Shown here: one piece after another, positions 1-11,397 of the stretch
How positions within the stretch are numbered: the first letter of the stretch is position 1
Layout of the letters: every line of letters starts with the position of its first letter
NCBI GenBank assembly: GCA_963704165.1
Contig: CAVPHD010000009.1
Location: 325,866 to 389,865 of the forward strand
From: an uncultured delta proteobacterium
GTDB taxonomy: Bacteria > Myxococcota_A > UBA9160 > SZUA-336
DNA length: 64,000 bases
Reading direction: 5' to 3'
The notes under the pieces: model-generated
What the model saw: only the letters and a program-made list of their open reading frames with translations
The model's database searches: none
What the model was told of the DNA's origin: nothing
Made by a program: the position numbers and the translations under genes

Positions 1-741
1 CGCGGAAGCGCGCCGCGTCGGTCAGCCCGCCGCTCGACTGCATGATCGCAGCCGGCTGCCGGGCAGCTCGCGCGCGAGGCCCGCCACGTAGTCGCGCAGC
101 AGCGGCGTCAGGTAGGCGTCGACGCAGGCCGTGTCGCCGCGCGCGAGCAGGCCGATCTCGGCGGCGACCTCGTGCGAGAGCGCGACGTGCGTCGAAGCCG
201 ACCTCGCGCGCGAGCTCGCCGATCTCGCGCTCGAGCTCGCCCGCGCGGTACGCGTGCAGCACGACGACGGCGAGGCTCGTCGAAGCCGCGCTCGCGAGCC
301 GCGCGAGCTCCGCGCGCAGCGCGCGCGGGGTCGGGACGCGCGAGCACGCGGCCGCTCGCGTCCGCGCGCGCGTCGATCTCGATCACCTCGCGGTAGAGCA
401 GCTCGGGCTTTCGGATCTCGAGGTCGAAGATGCGCGGCCGCGCCTGGTTGCCGATCGCGAGCAGGTCGCGGAAGCCGCGCGTGATCGCGAGCGCGAACGG
501 CGCGCCCTTGCGCTCGAGCAGCGCGTTGGTCGCGAGCGTCGTGCCCATGCGGATGTCGCAGGCGGGAATCGGCGCGTCGGCCGCGAGCCCGAGCAGCTGC
601 GCGGATCGCCTCGAGCGGCGCGCGATCCGACGAGAGCACCTTGGCGACGTGCAGCCGCCCCGTCGCGGGATCCCGGCCGATGCAGTCGGTGAACGTCCCG
701 CCGCGGTCGATCCAGAACTCCCACCGCGGCGGCTCGGCCAT
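1..741 (-). CDS. 5-oxoprolinase / hydantoinase A family protein, 5' part (frameshifted; runs off window start)
   Basis: Motifs [42 protein letters not shown] and [13 protein letters not shown] are spread over more than one reading frame. Confidence 0.85.
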
Positions 742-753
742 TCGGGCAGCGTA

Positions 754-1695
754 CTACTGCAGGAAGTCGATCGCCTCCGCGCAGCGCGCCCGTACCACGG
801 GATCCGTGGCCTGTGCGCAGTGCTGCTGGACGATCGGCGCGACCGTGTCGTCGCAGGCGAACTCGACGCCCTCGAGCGCGTGCAGCACGACGGCCGGCTC
901 GGGGTCGCCGAGCGCGTCGAGCAGGCCCGCGCAGGCCATGAAGCCGTCGGCCTCGCCGCCCTGCTCCGCCGCCTTCGCGCGCACGCGCGGGTCCGGGTCG
1001 GTGCGCAGGATTTCGAGCAGCGCCATGAGCGCGGCCCCTTCGGGGTCGAGCCCCGCGACCGCCTCGATGCGCATCTCGGGGTTGCTGCTGCGCAGCTGCT
1101 CGAGCAAATCCGCCTGACTCAGCGCTCGCTCCTCGCGACGAGCCGCGATCTCGGCCTTCCGGGCTTCGCTGCCGCGATCCTGTTCCCGCCGTTCGCGAAC
1201 CTGCTTCCGGAGCGCGTCGGCCAGCTCGCGCCGCTTCGCCTTCGCCGCTGCGGTCGCGGCGGGCGGTTCCGCCGACGCCGACGAGACCTCGCCGACTTCG
1301 AGTCGCTCGAGGTCGTGGCGATCGGACTTCGTGTCGAAGCGCCAGTGCGCGCGGTACTTCAGGTCGTCGAGCAGCGCCGCGAGCACCGTCTCGAGCGGCT
1401 GGTTCCGGATCTCGAGCGTGAGCGGCCGAGCATCGAGCTCACCGATCAGCTGAAAGCGACCCGCACGCGCGAGCTTTTCGAGCAGAAGACCGCGCGGCGC
1501 CGCCTGACACTCGATCGTGACGCGCCCGTCGACCACGTCCACGCGCGCGTCGCCGGGGCCGATCGGATGGCCGGTGGACGGTGTCGGCGAAGCGGGAGCC
1601 GCCAGCCGATTCGAGTCGTCCGGCCCACAGGCCGCGACGAACCCGAGCGCCGCGACCACGGCGAAGGTGCGAATCCAAACGAATCGTACGGCCAA
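754..1695 (-). CDS. Putative lipoprotein with STN-like domain and C-terminal HEAT repeats
   Basis: TTG start just downstream of tRNA-Arg; lipobox-like [22 protein letters not shown] resembles STN; HEAT-like [42 protein letters not shown]. The ORF-track start (1746) lies inside the tRNA. Confidence 0.65.
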   Translation of the reverse strand: MAVRFVWIRTFAVVAALGFVAACGPDDSNRLAAPASPTPSTGHPIGPGDARVDVVDGRVTIECQAAPRGLLLEKLARAGRFQLIGELDARPLTLEIRNQPLETVLAALLDDLKYRAHWRFDTKSDRHDLERLEVGEVSSASAEPPAATAAAKAKRRELADALRKQVRERREQDRGSEARKAEIAARREERALSQADLLEQLRSSNPEMRIEAVAGLDPEGAALMALLEILRTDPDPRVRAKAAEQGGEADGFMACAGLLDALGDPEPAVVLHALEGVEFACDDTVAPIVQQHCAQATDPVVRARCAEAIDFLQ

Positions 1696-1716
1696 CTCGC
1701 GCTTCTCCCGACTGAA

Positions 1717-1792
1717 TGGCGCGCCCGGAGGGACTCGAACCCCCAACCCTCTGATCCGAAGTCAGATGCTCTATCCATTGAGCTACGGGCGC
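1717..1792 (-). tRNA. tRNA-Arg (anticodon TCG)
   Basis: GCGCCCGTAGCTCAATGGATAGAGCATCTGACTTCGGATCAGAGGGTTGGGGGTTCGAGTCCCTCCGGGCGCGCCA; 76 nt cloverleaf with encoded CCA. Confidence 0.96.
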
Positions 1793-1801
1793 GGACCGGC
1801 G

Positions 1802-1807
1802 ATTATA
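1802..1807 (-). promoter_or_regulatory. -10 box (TATAAT) of tRNA-Arg(TCG)
   Basis: Perfect TATAAT 9 nt upstream of the mature tRNA 5' end; no clear -35. Confidence 0.5.
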
Positions 1808-1816
1808 GGGACACAG

Positions 1817-2665
1817 ATGGAACTGCCACTCCCCCTCGCACTGCGCGCGCTCTCGGACGAGGTCGACGAACGGCTCGCCCGCATTCCGACGACGCTGAAC
1901 GAGTACGGCTACGACCCGTTCGGCGCGAGCATCGAGTTCGCGCGCACGACCGGCACCATCGGCGCGTTCCTGTACCGGTACTATTTCCGGGTCGAGACGA
2001 GCGGGATCGAGAAGGTTCCCGACGGGCGCGTGCTCCTCGTCGCGAACCACGCCGGGAACACGATCCCCATGGACGGGGGGCTGCTCGGGCTCTCGATGCT
2101 GCTCGAGGCGGAGCCGCCGCGGCTGGTGCGCGCGATGGCCGAGTTCTACCTGCCGCGGATCCCGTGGTGGAGCGAGCTGATCCACCGCGCCGGAGCCGTC
2201 GTCGGCACCCCGGAGAACTGCGCACGCCTGCTCGAGCGCGAGGAGGCGATCATGGTCTTCCCCGAGGGCTCGCGCGGATTCATCAAGCCGTTCTCGCAGC
2301 GCTACAAGCTGCAGCGATTCGGCACGGGATTCGTCCGGCTCGCGCTGCAGACGAAGACGCCGATCGTGCCGGTGGGAATCGTCGGCTCCGAGGAGCAGAG
2401 CCCGGGGCTCATCGATTCCAAGGCGCTCGCGAAGCTGATCGGCGCGCCCGCCTTTCCCGTGACCTGGTTCTTCCCGTGGCTCGGCCTGCTCGGCTACCTG
2501 CCGCTGCCGGTGAAGTACCGGATCCACTTCGGCGACCCGATCCGCTTCGAGGGTGACGCGGGCGAGGACGACGAGGCGATCGCGCGCCACGTCGGCCGCG
2601 TGAAGGACGAGATCTCGCTCCTGATCGAAGAGGGACTGGCGCTGCGCAAGGGCTGGTTCAGTTGA
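1817..2665 (+). CDS. Lysophospholipid/glycerol acyltransferase (PlsC-like)
   Basis: LLVANHAGNTIPMD (HX4-6D block I), VFPEG, PIVPVGIVG. Confidence 0.88.
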   Translation: MELPLPLALRALSDEVDERLARIPTTLNEYGYDPFGASIEFARTTGTIGAFLYRYYFRVETSGIEKVPDGRVLLVANHAGNTIPMDGGLLGLSMLLEAEPPRLVRAMAEFYLPRIPWWSELIHRAGAVVGTPENCARLLEREEAIMVFPEGSRGFIKPFSQRYKLQRFGTGFVRLALQTKTPIVPVGIVGSEEQSPGLIDSKALAKLIGAPAFPVTWFFPWLGLLGYLPLPVKYRIHFGDPIRFEGDAGEDDEAIARHVGRVKDEISLLIEEGLALRKGWFS

Positions 2666-3348
2666 ACGGGCTCGAGCCCGTGATGTGGCTGGTCGTCTTC
2701 GTCATCTCGGTCACGGCACACGAAGCGGCGCACGCCTTCGCCGCGTACCTCGGCGGCGACCCGACCGCGTATCGCGGCGGACAGGTCTCGCTCAATCCCC
2801 TGCCCCACATGCGCCGCGAGCCGTTCGGCATGGTGCTGGTGCCGCTGATCTCGACCTTCAGCGGGGGCTTTCCGATCGGCTGGGCGAGCACGCCCTACGA
2901 TCCGCGCTGGGAGGAGCGCCACCCGCGGCGTGCGGCGTGGATGGCCGTCGCGGGGCCGGCCGCGAACCTGACGCTGGCGCTCGCGGCGCTGATCGCGCTT
3001 CGAATCGGGCTCGACGCGGGGGTCTTCTCTTCGCCGACGCAGCTCGACGCCACACGGCTGGTCGTCGCGAGCGGCGATTCGATCGACGGCCTGGGGCGGT
3101 TCCTCTCGATGACGCTCGTGCTCAACACGATTCTGTGTCTGTTCAATCTCGCGCCCGTGCCCCCGCTCGACGGCGCGAGCGCGATCACGCTGCTGCTGCC
3201 CGAAGACGTCGGGCTACGCGTGCGCCGGGCCCTGCACCAGCCCGCGCTCGCGATCGCGGGGCTCTTCGCGGTCTGGTTCGGATTCAGCGAGATCGTCCGG
3301 CCGGTCTTCCGGATTCTGGTCCGGCTCGTGCATCCGGACTTCGGGTAG
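2662..3348 (+). CDS. Site-2 protease family (peptidase M50) membrane protein
   Basis: HEAAH zinc motif, AGPAAN, FNLAPVPPLDG. Confidence 0.9.
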   Translation: MNGLEPVMWLVVFVISVTAHEAAHAFAAYLGGDPTAYRGGQVSLNPLPHMRREPFGMVLVPLISTFSGGFPIGWASTPYDPRWEERHPRRAAWMAVAGPAANLTLALAALIALRIGLDAGVFSSPTQLDATRLVVASGDSIDGLGRFLSMTLVLNTILCLFNLAPVPPLDGASAITLLLPEDVGLRVRRALHQPALAIAGLFAVWFGFSEIVRPVFRILVRLVHPDFG

Positions 3349-3375
3349 GCCCGCCGCTCGGACGGACTTCGGCGA

Positions 3376-4092
3376 CTATCGCGCCCGCGCGAGCGCCAGG
3401 CTGCTCGCGCGCTCGTCCCAGTTGGCCTGCGGCAGACCGTAGCGTCCGCGCGTCCACCCCGGCGAGAGCGCGCCGAGCCCCTGGACGAGCAGCTCGCCGA
3501 GAACCGGTACCCGCGCGAGGCGCGACACGAGGCCGGATTCGAGAAGCGAGTCGTCCTCGATCACCGTCGAGCGCACGCGTTCGGGCGCGAGCCGGACGAG
3601 CCGGATCGCGATCCGCGCGCTCGACTTCGAGACGATCAGCTGCACGTCGCGAAGATCGAGCGCTTCGACGAGCGCCGCCAGATCCGCCGCGTGCGCCTCG
3701 ATCACGTCCGCCGACGGGCTCGCGGGTTTCTCGGACAAGCCAAACCCGATCAGATCGGGCGCGATCACGCGCGCGTTCGCGGAGCGGTTCCGCAGAACGT
3801 CCGCGCACTCGAGCGACCAGCTACCGTTTCCGTGCAGGCAGAGCACGACGTCACCGGCGCCCCGCTGCGTGTAGTGCATGCGCCCGTGCGGCGTCAGCAG
3901 GAATCGGCTCGCGAACGGGTAGGCGTGTGCGAGCCCGAGCCGCGAGAGCGATCGCGAAGCCTCCTCGGGCGTGCGCGGCTGCGTCGAGACGTAGGGCCGG
4001 GTCGAGGCGACCGCGTAGATCCCGAGCCCGACCGCGTAGGCGACGAGCGCCAACCCCAGGGCAGATGCGATGGCGAACCCGAGCTTGCGCAT
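3376..4092 (-). CDS. Alpha/beta-hydrolase fold protein, haloalkane-dehalogenase-like, N-terminal TM, apparently degenerate
   Basis: RMHY, LHGNGSWS, IAPDLIGFGLSEKP; the usual HDWGG elbow is replaced by VSKSSA and the C-terminal half is short. Confidence 0.65.
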   Translation of the reverse strand: MRKLGFAIASALGLALVAYAVGLGIYAVASTRPYVSTQPRTPEEASRSLSRLGLAHAYPFASRFLLTPHGRMHYTQRGAGDVVLCLHGNGSWSLECADVLRNRSANARVIAPDLIGFGLSEKPASPSADVIEAHAADLAALVEALDLRDVQLIVSKSSARIAIRLVRLAPERVRSTVIEDDSLLESGLVSRLARVPVLGELLVQGLGALSPGWTRGRYGLPQANWDERASSLALARAR

Positions 4093-4109
4093 CGAGCCGC
4101 GAGCTTAGC

Positions 4110-6761
<2,652 letters not shown>

Positions 6762-6782
6762 GCTGCTGCGAAGAAAAGCACC

Positions 6783-6798
6783 TGCTCCGGGGTGTCAA
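6783..6798 (-). promoter_or_regulatory. Putative heat-shock promoter element TTGACACCCCGGAGCA upstream of clpB
   Basis: Perfect TTGACA; 14/16 identical to the element upstream of groES (57485-57500). Confidence 0.55.
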
Positions 6799-6898
6799 CC
6801 CGCGGAAACGGAGCCGGCGGGCCCGTGGCACGGGGCAAGAGATCCTCTAAGATGGGCGCCCGTTCGGGTGCGCGCGCGGGCCACGGCCCGCGCTTCAT

Positions 6899-6976
6899 GG
6901 TGGATGTAGCTCAGTTGGTTAGAGCATCGGGTTGTGGTCCCGAGGGTCGGGGGTTCGAATCCCCTCATCCACCCCA
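6899..6976 (+). tRNA. tRNA-His (anticodon GTG)
   Basis: GGTGGATGTAGCTCAGTTGGTTAGAGCATCGGGTTGTGGTCCCGAGGGTCGGGGGTTCGAATCCCCTCATCCACCCCA; G-1:C73 identity pair and CCA. Confidence 0.97.
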
Positions 6977-7094
6977 TTCGCGCAGGTTGGAGTCGACCCG
7001 GGTTCGTGGCCCCCTGGGCGTTTGGAATCCGCAAGCTCGAGCTGGCAAGGCTGCGGCGGCGTGAGGTCCCGAGAACCCCCGTACGCCAGCGCGT

Positions 7095-8264
7095 TCAGCG
7101 CGCCGGGGTCGCGTAGACCGCGCGCTCGAACTTCTCGAGCGTGTCGATCACCTTCGGATCGTTCGCCGGCAGGAGCTGCATCATCAGCACCGCCGTGCGG
7201 CGACGCGCGGGATCGACCCAGAAGAAAGTGTTGTGCACGCCCGCCCAGGTGCAGCTTCCGGCGGCGCGCCCCCCTGGCACGTCTTCCGTGTTGAGCATGT
7301 ACGCGAGGCCCCACCGCTTGATCTGTCCGGGCCAGAACTCGTACGGAATCGCCAGCGCGGGATTGTCGCTTTCGAGCGGCGGAACCGCGATCTCGCCGAT
7401 CGCATTCTCGCCCATCCGCTTCACGGTCGCGGCTTCGAGCACACGCGCGCCGTCGAGCTCGCCGCCGCCGAGCAGCATGCGCGTGAAGCGCAGGTAGTCG
7501 GGGCCGGTCGAGAAGAGACCTCCGCCGCCCATGTGGAAGTCGGCGTCCTGCGGGAACTCGAGCTCGATGCGCGCGATCGCGCCGTCGGGCTGGCGCTGTG
7601 TCGTCGCGACGATCCGCGGCTTCATGTCGTCGCGCAGCAGGAAGCTCGTGTCGCGCATGCCGAGCGGCGCGAAGAACTCGTCCTGAAGAAAGCGCTCGAG
7701 TTTCCGACCGCTCACCGCCTCGACGATCTTGCCGACCCAGTCGATTCCGATCCCGTACTCCCAGCGCTCGCCGGGCTCGAAGAGCAGCGGCGCGCGCAGG
7801 GACGCGTTCATGCACGTCGCGATCGAGGGCAGACCCGCATGCGTCATGTACCGGGCGACGTCCGCGTTGAACAGGTCGTAGGAGAGCCCGGAGGTGTGCG
7901 TGAGCAGGTGTCGGAGCGTGATCGCGCGCTGCGGCTTGCGCGTGCGCGGCTCTCCATCGTCGTCGAAGCCGAGCAGGATCACGGCCTCGCCGAGCTCGGG
8001 CGCGACTTCGGCCATCGGCTGCTCGAGCCCGAGATGGCCCTGCTCGACCAGCTTCATCGCCGCCGCCGACGTGATCGCCTTGGTCATCGACGCGATCCGG
8101 AAGACCGAGTCGAGCGCGACCTTCGCGGCTCCGTCCGGGCCGGTCCGGCCGCGCGCGCCCTGGTAGACGACGCCGCGGTCGTCCGCGGCGAGCGCCACGA
8201 CGCCGGGAGCGACGCCACTCGCGATGGCGTCGTCGAGAACACGGTCGATCGGATTCATGGTCAT
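7095..8264 (-). CDS. Serine hydrolase, class C beta-lactamase-like/esterase family
   Basis: FRIASMTK (SxxK), LRHLLTHTSG, PGERWEYG, GGGGLFST. Confidence 0.9.
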   Translation of the reverse strand: MTMNPIDRVLDDAIASGVAPGVVALAADDRGVVYQGARGRTGPDGAAKVALDSVFRIASMTKAITSAAAMKLVEQGHLGLEQPMAEVAPELGEAVILLGFDDDGEPRTRKPQRAITLRHLLTHTSGLSYDLFNADVARYMTHAGLPSIATCMNASLRAPLLFEPGERWEYGIGIDWVGKIVEAVSGRKLERFLQDEFFAPLGMRDTSFLLRDDMKPRIVATTQRQPDGAIARIELEFPQDADFHMGGGGLFSTGPDYLRFTRMLLGGGELDGARVLEAATVKRMGENAIGEIAVPPLESDNPALAIPYEFWPGQIKRWGLAYMLNTEDVPGGRAAGSCTWAGVHNTFFWVDPARRRTAVLMMQLLPANDPKVIDTLEKFERAVYATPAR

Positions 8265-9136
8265 GACCTCCGGCTGCCTGCGATCGAGTCCGCCGGGTCG
8301 AGGTCGCTCGCGGAGTGGCGCTCGCGCACGCGCTCCTCCTCGGGTCCCCAGACGCGGTTCACGCGCTGACCGCGGCGCACCGCGGGGCGTTTCTGGATCT
8401 CGGAGGCCCAGCGCACGACGTTCGTGTACGACTTGGCGTCGAGGAAGACCTCGGCGTCGTAGATGTTGGCGAGCACCACGGCGCCGTACCACGGGAAGGT
8501 GGCGATGTCGGCGATCGTGTACTCCTCGCCGATCAGGTAGCGACGCTCCGCGAGGTTGCGGTCGAGCACGTCGAGCTGGCGCTTCACCTCCATGGTGAAG
8601 CGGTTGATCGGGTACTCGTACTTCGCGGGCGCATACGCATAGAAGTGTCCGAAGCCGCCGCCCAGGTACGGCGCGCTGCCCATCTGCCAGAACAGCCAGG
8701 ACAGGCACTCGGCGCGCCGGGCCGGGTCGTTCGGCAGGAAGGCGCCGAACTTCTCCGCGAGGTAGACGAGGATCGCACCCGACTCGAAGACCCGCGTCGG
8801 CGGCGACGCGCCGTGGTCCACGAGGACCGGGATCTTCGAGTTCGGATTGGCCGCGACGAAGCCGCTTCCGAACTGTTCGCCCTCACCGATGTCGACCAGC
8901 CAGGCGTCGTAGTCCGCCTGCTTCTTTCCGAGCGCCAGCAACTCCTCCAACAAGACGGTGACCTTCACACCGTTGGGTGTGGCGAGCGAATAGAGCTGCA
9001 GCGCGTGCCCACCGACCGGCAGCTCCTTCTCGTGTGTCGGCCCCGCGATGGGACGATTGATCTTCGCGAAGCGACCGCCGCTCTCGGCGTCCCACGTCCA
9101 GATCTTCGGTGGCGTGTACTGCGGTGCGTCGCTCAT
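8261..9136 (-). CDS. yghU: Glutathione-dependent disulfide-bond oxidoreductase (Nu-class GST) YghU
   Basis: YTPPKIWTW, INRPIAGPTHEKELPVG, LYSLATPNGVKV, NPNSKIP, FESGAIL, WQMGSAPYLGGGFGHFYAYAP. Confidence 0.92.
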   Translation of the reverse strand: MSDAPQYTPPKIWTWDAESGGRFAKINRPIAGPTHEKELPVGGHALQLYSLATPNGVKVTVLLEELLALGKKQADYDAWLVDIGEGEQFGSGFVAANPNSKIPVLVDHGASPPTRVFESGAILVYLAEKFGAFLPNDPARRAECLSWLFWQMGSAPYLGGGFGHFYAYAPAKYEYPINRFTMEVKRQLDVLDRNLAERRYLIGEEYTIADIATFPWYGAVVLANIYDAEVFLDAKSYTNVVRWASEIQKRPAVRRGQRVNRVWGPEEERVRERHSASDLDPADSIAGSRRS

Positions 9137-9290
9137 GGGTGGCTTCCTCAGTCCGGTGTGGGTCGTGAGCGGATGTCGGACCCGATCATGCACGAGTCGC
9201 GGAGCCGCGGCGAGCCGCGGAGCGCTGACACCGAGAGGGCAGTCCGCCTCCCATTTTGGGGGGCCGTCCGCCCTCACGGACCGGCGCCCG

Positions 9291-9308
9291 CGACGCAGAT
9301 CTGCGTCG
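9291..9308. repeat. Perfect 18-bp palindrome CGACGCAGATCTGCGTCG in the divergent yghU/fabH intergenic region
   Basis: Sequence equals its own reverse complement. Confidence 0.6.
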
Positions 9309-9447
9309 GTCTTGCGCAGGAGTTTCGGGCTCGCGATGGCTCGGGCGCTTCTCCATCCTCTCGCGCCGGAGCAGGTGACGAATTCCGGCTCGGAACGGAT
9401 CTCGCATTCAGCTCCCCCCGTTGAACCGACTTGCGGGTGGATTGCCG

Positions 9448-10485
9448 ATGCTGCCGCGCCGTGTCTTCCTCGATCACGTCACGCACTACGTCCCCGAGGG
9501 CGTGCTCGACAACCACTTCTTCGAGGGGATCCTCGAGACGACCGACGCGTGGATTCGCGGTCGGGTCGGGATCGCGGAGCGCCGCGTGATGAGCGACTAC
9601 CGCGGCAGCTTTCCGGTCTTCGAGATCGGGAAGCGCGCGGTCGAACGACTCGTCGAGACGACCGGATTCGATCTAGGCTCCGTCGATCTGATCCTGTCGG
9701 CGAGCTGCACGGACGATCTGCAGTATCCGGGACCCGGCAACATGATCTCGCAGCACTTCGGGCTGCGCGTGCCGGCGTTCCAGCTCAAGAACGCGTGCTC
9801 GTCGGTGGTCTACGCGCTCGAGGTCGCGCGCGGGCTGCTCCAGCTCGGCAGCTACCGCAGGATCCTGATCGTGAATGGGGAGCCGTTCACGATCCAGACC
9901 GATTACGCGGACCGCACGTCGGCGATCCTGTTCGGAGACGCGGCGTCGGCGATGGTCGTCTCGAACGAGCCGGGCGCGCTCGAGCTTCTCGACGTCGCGA
10001 TCGGCGGGCGCGGCGCGTGCGTGATCAACGGCACCGCGCCGGGCGCGTCGCCCACGCGCTCGATCCGCGACGTCTGCCCGGCTCCGCCCGGCGCCGCGGA
10101 CGACGCGTACTTCGGCGGCATCGAACCGCGCTTCGGCCGCTTCCAACAGGCCGGCCGCGAGGTCTTCGATTTCGTCGTGAACGACATGCCGGGAGAAATC
10201 CAGGCCTTCCTCGCCCGGCAACAGGTCTCGATCGACGAGATCGACTGGTTCATCGGCCACCAGGCGAACCTCTCGATGCTCGACGCGCTGTGCAAGAGCC
10301 TCGGCGTCGACGCCGACAAACACCTCTTCAACATCGACCGCTACGGCAACACGAGCTCCGCGGGCTGGGTGACCGTGCTCTCGGAGGCGCTCGCGGACGG
10401 CCGGTTCGAATCGGGCGATCAGGTGCTGGTCTCGGCCTTCGGCGGCGGGCTCGCGTGGGGATCCCTCCTCGCGCGGGCGGCCTGA
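9448..10485 (+). CDS. 3-oxoacyl-ACP synthase III (FabH-like)
   Basis: TTDAWIRGRVGIAERR; catalytic NACSS (Cys), GHQAN (His), YGNTSSA (Asn); LFGDAA; FGGGLAWG. Confidence 0.88.
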   Translation: MLPRRVFLDHVTHYVPEGVLDNHFFEGILETTDAWIRGRVGIAERRVMSDYRGSFPVFEIGKRAVERLVETTGFDLGSVDLILSASCTDDLQYPGPGNMISQHFGLRVPAFQLKNACSSVVYALEVARGLLQLGSYRRILIVNGEPFTIQTDYADRTSAILFGDAASAMVVSNEPGALELLDVAIGGRGACVINGTAPGASPTRSIRDVCPAPPGAADDAYFGGIEPRFGRFQQAGREVFDFVVNDMPGEIQAFLARQQVSIDEIDWFIGHQANLSMLDALCKSLGVDADKHLFNIDRYGNTSSAGWVTVLSEALADGRFESGDQVLVSAFGGGLAWGSLLARAA

Positions 10486-10500
10486 GTCGGGGGCAGGGAC

Positions 10501-11352
10501 ATGACGATCTCGAAGATCGGAGTGGTCGGCGTCGGTCTGATGGGCAGCGGCATCGCGCAGGTCGCGGCGCAGTCTGGATTCACGGTCGTCGCGTGCGATC
10601 AGAATGCGGAGGAGAACGAGCGCGCGCGCATCGGACTCGAGAGACAGCTCGCGCGGCAGGTCGAGCGCGGCAAGCTCGCGTCCGCGGACGCCGAGGCCGC
10701 GATCGCACGGATCGAGTTCCGCCTCGGCACGGAAGCGCTCGCGGACTGCGACGCCGTGATCGAGGCGATTCCCGAGGATCAGCCGGCAAAGGAAGCGCTC
10801 TTCCGCGCGCTCGACGCGGCCTGCGCCCCGTCAGCCCTGCTCGTGACCAACACCAGTTCGATCTCGGTCACCGCGCTCGCCGGCGTGACGCGGCACCCCG
10901 AGCGCGTGCTCGGCATGCACTTCTTCAATCCGGTCCCGCAGATGAAGCTCGTCGAGGTCGTGCGCGCGCTGCAGACCGACGACGCATCGTTCGACCGCGC
11001 GTGCGCGCTCGGGCGATCGCTCGGCAAGGAAGTCGTGTCCGTGAAGGACTCGATCGCGTTTCTCGTCAATCGCACGTTCCTGCCGTTCGTGAACGAGGCG
11101 ATCTTCGCGCTCGCCGAGGGCATCGGCACGGCCGAGGACATCGACCGCTCGATCAAGCTCGGTCTGAACCACCCGATGGGACCGCTCGAGCTCTGCGACC
11201 TGATCGGTCTCGACACGCTGCTCCAGGTGATGGAGACGATGCACCGCCAGTTCGGCGAGTCGAAGTACCGGCCCTGCCCGCTCCTGCGCAAGCACGTCGA
11301 GGCCGGCTGGTACGGCCGCAAGTCCGGACGCGGCTTCTACAGCCATCGCTAG
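10501..11352 (+). CDS. 3-hydroxybutyryl/3-hydroxyacyl-CoA dehydrogenase
   Basis: GVGLMGSGIA, TNTSSIS, GMHFFNPVP, HPMGPLELCDLIGLD, GRKSGRGFY. Confidence 0.93.
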   Translation: MTISKIGVVGVGLMGSGIAQVAAQSGFTVVACDQNAEENERARIGLERQLARQVERGKLASADAEAAIARIEFRLGTEALADCDAVIEAIPEDQPAKEALFRALDAACAPSALLVTNTSSISVTALAGVTRHPERVLGMHFFNPVPQMKLVEVVRALQTDDASFDRACALGRSLGKEVVSVKDSIAFLVNRTFLPFVNEAIFALAEGIGTAEDIDRSIKLGLNHPMGPLELCDLIGLDTLLQVMETMHRQFGESKYRPCPLLRKHVEAGWYGRKSGRGFYSHR

Positions 11353-11397
11353 GCGCGGCTCGGATCACCCGCGACGGATGCTAAGGTCGGGTTCGTG

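Noticed and set aside
6826..6842. Sigma54-like TGGCACG upstream of tRNA-His
   Set aside because: No TTGC at the -12 position.
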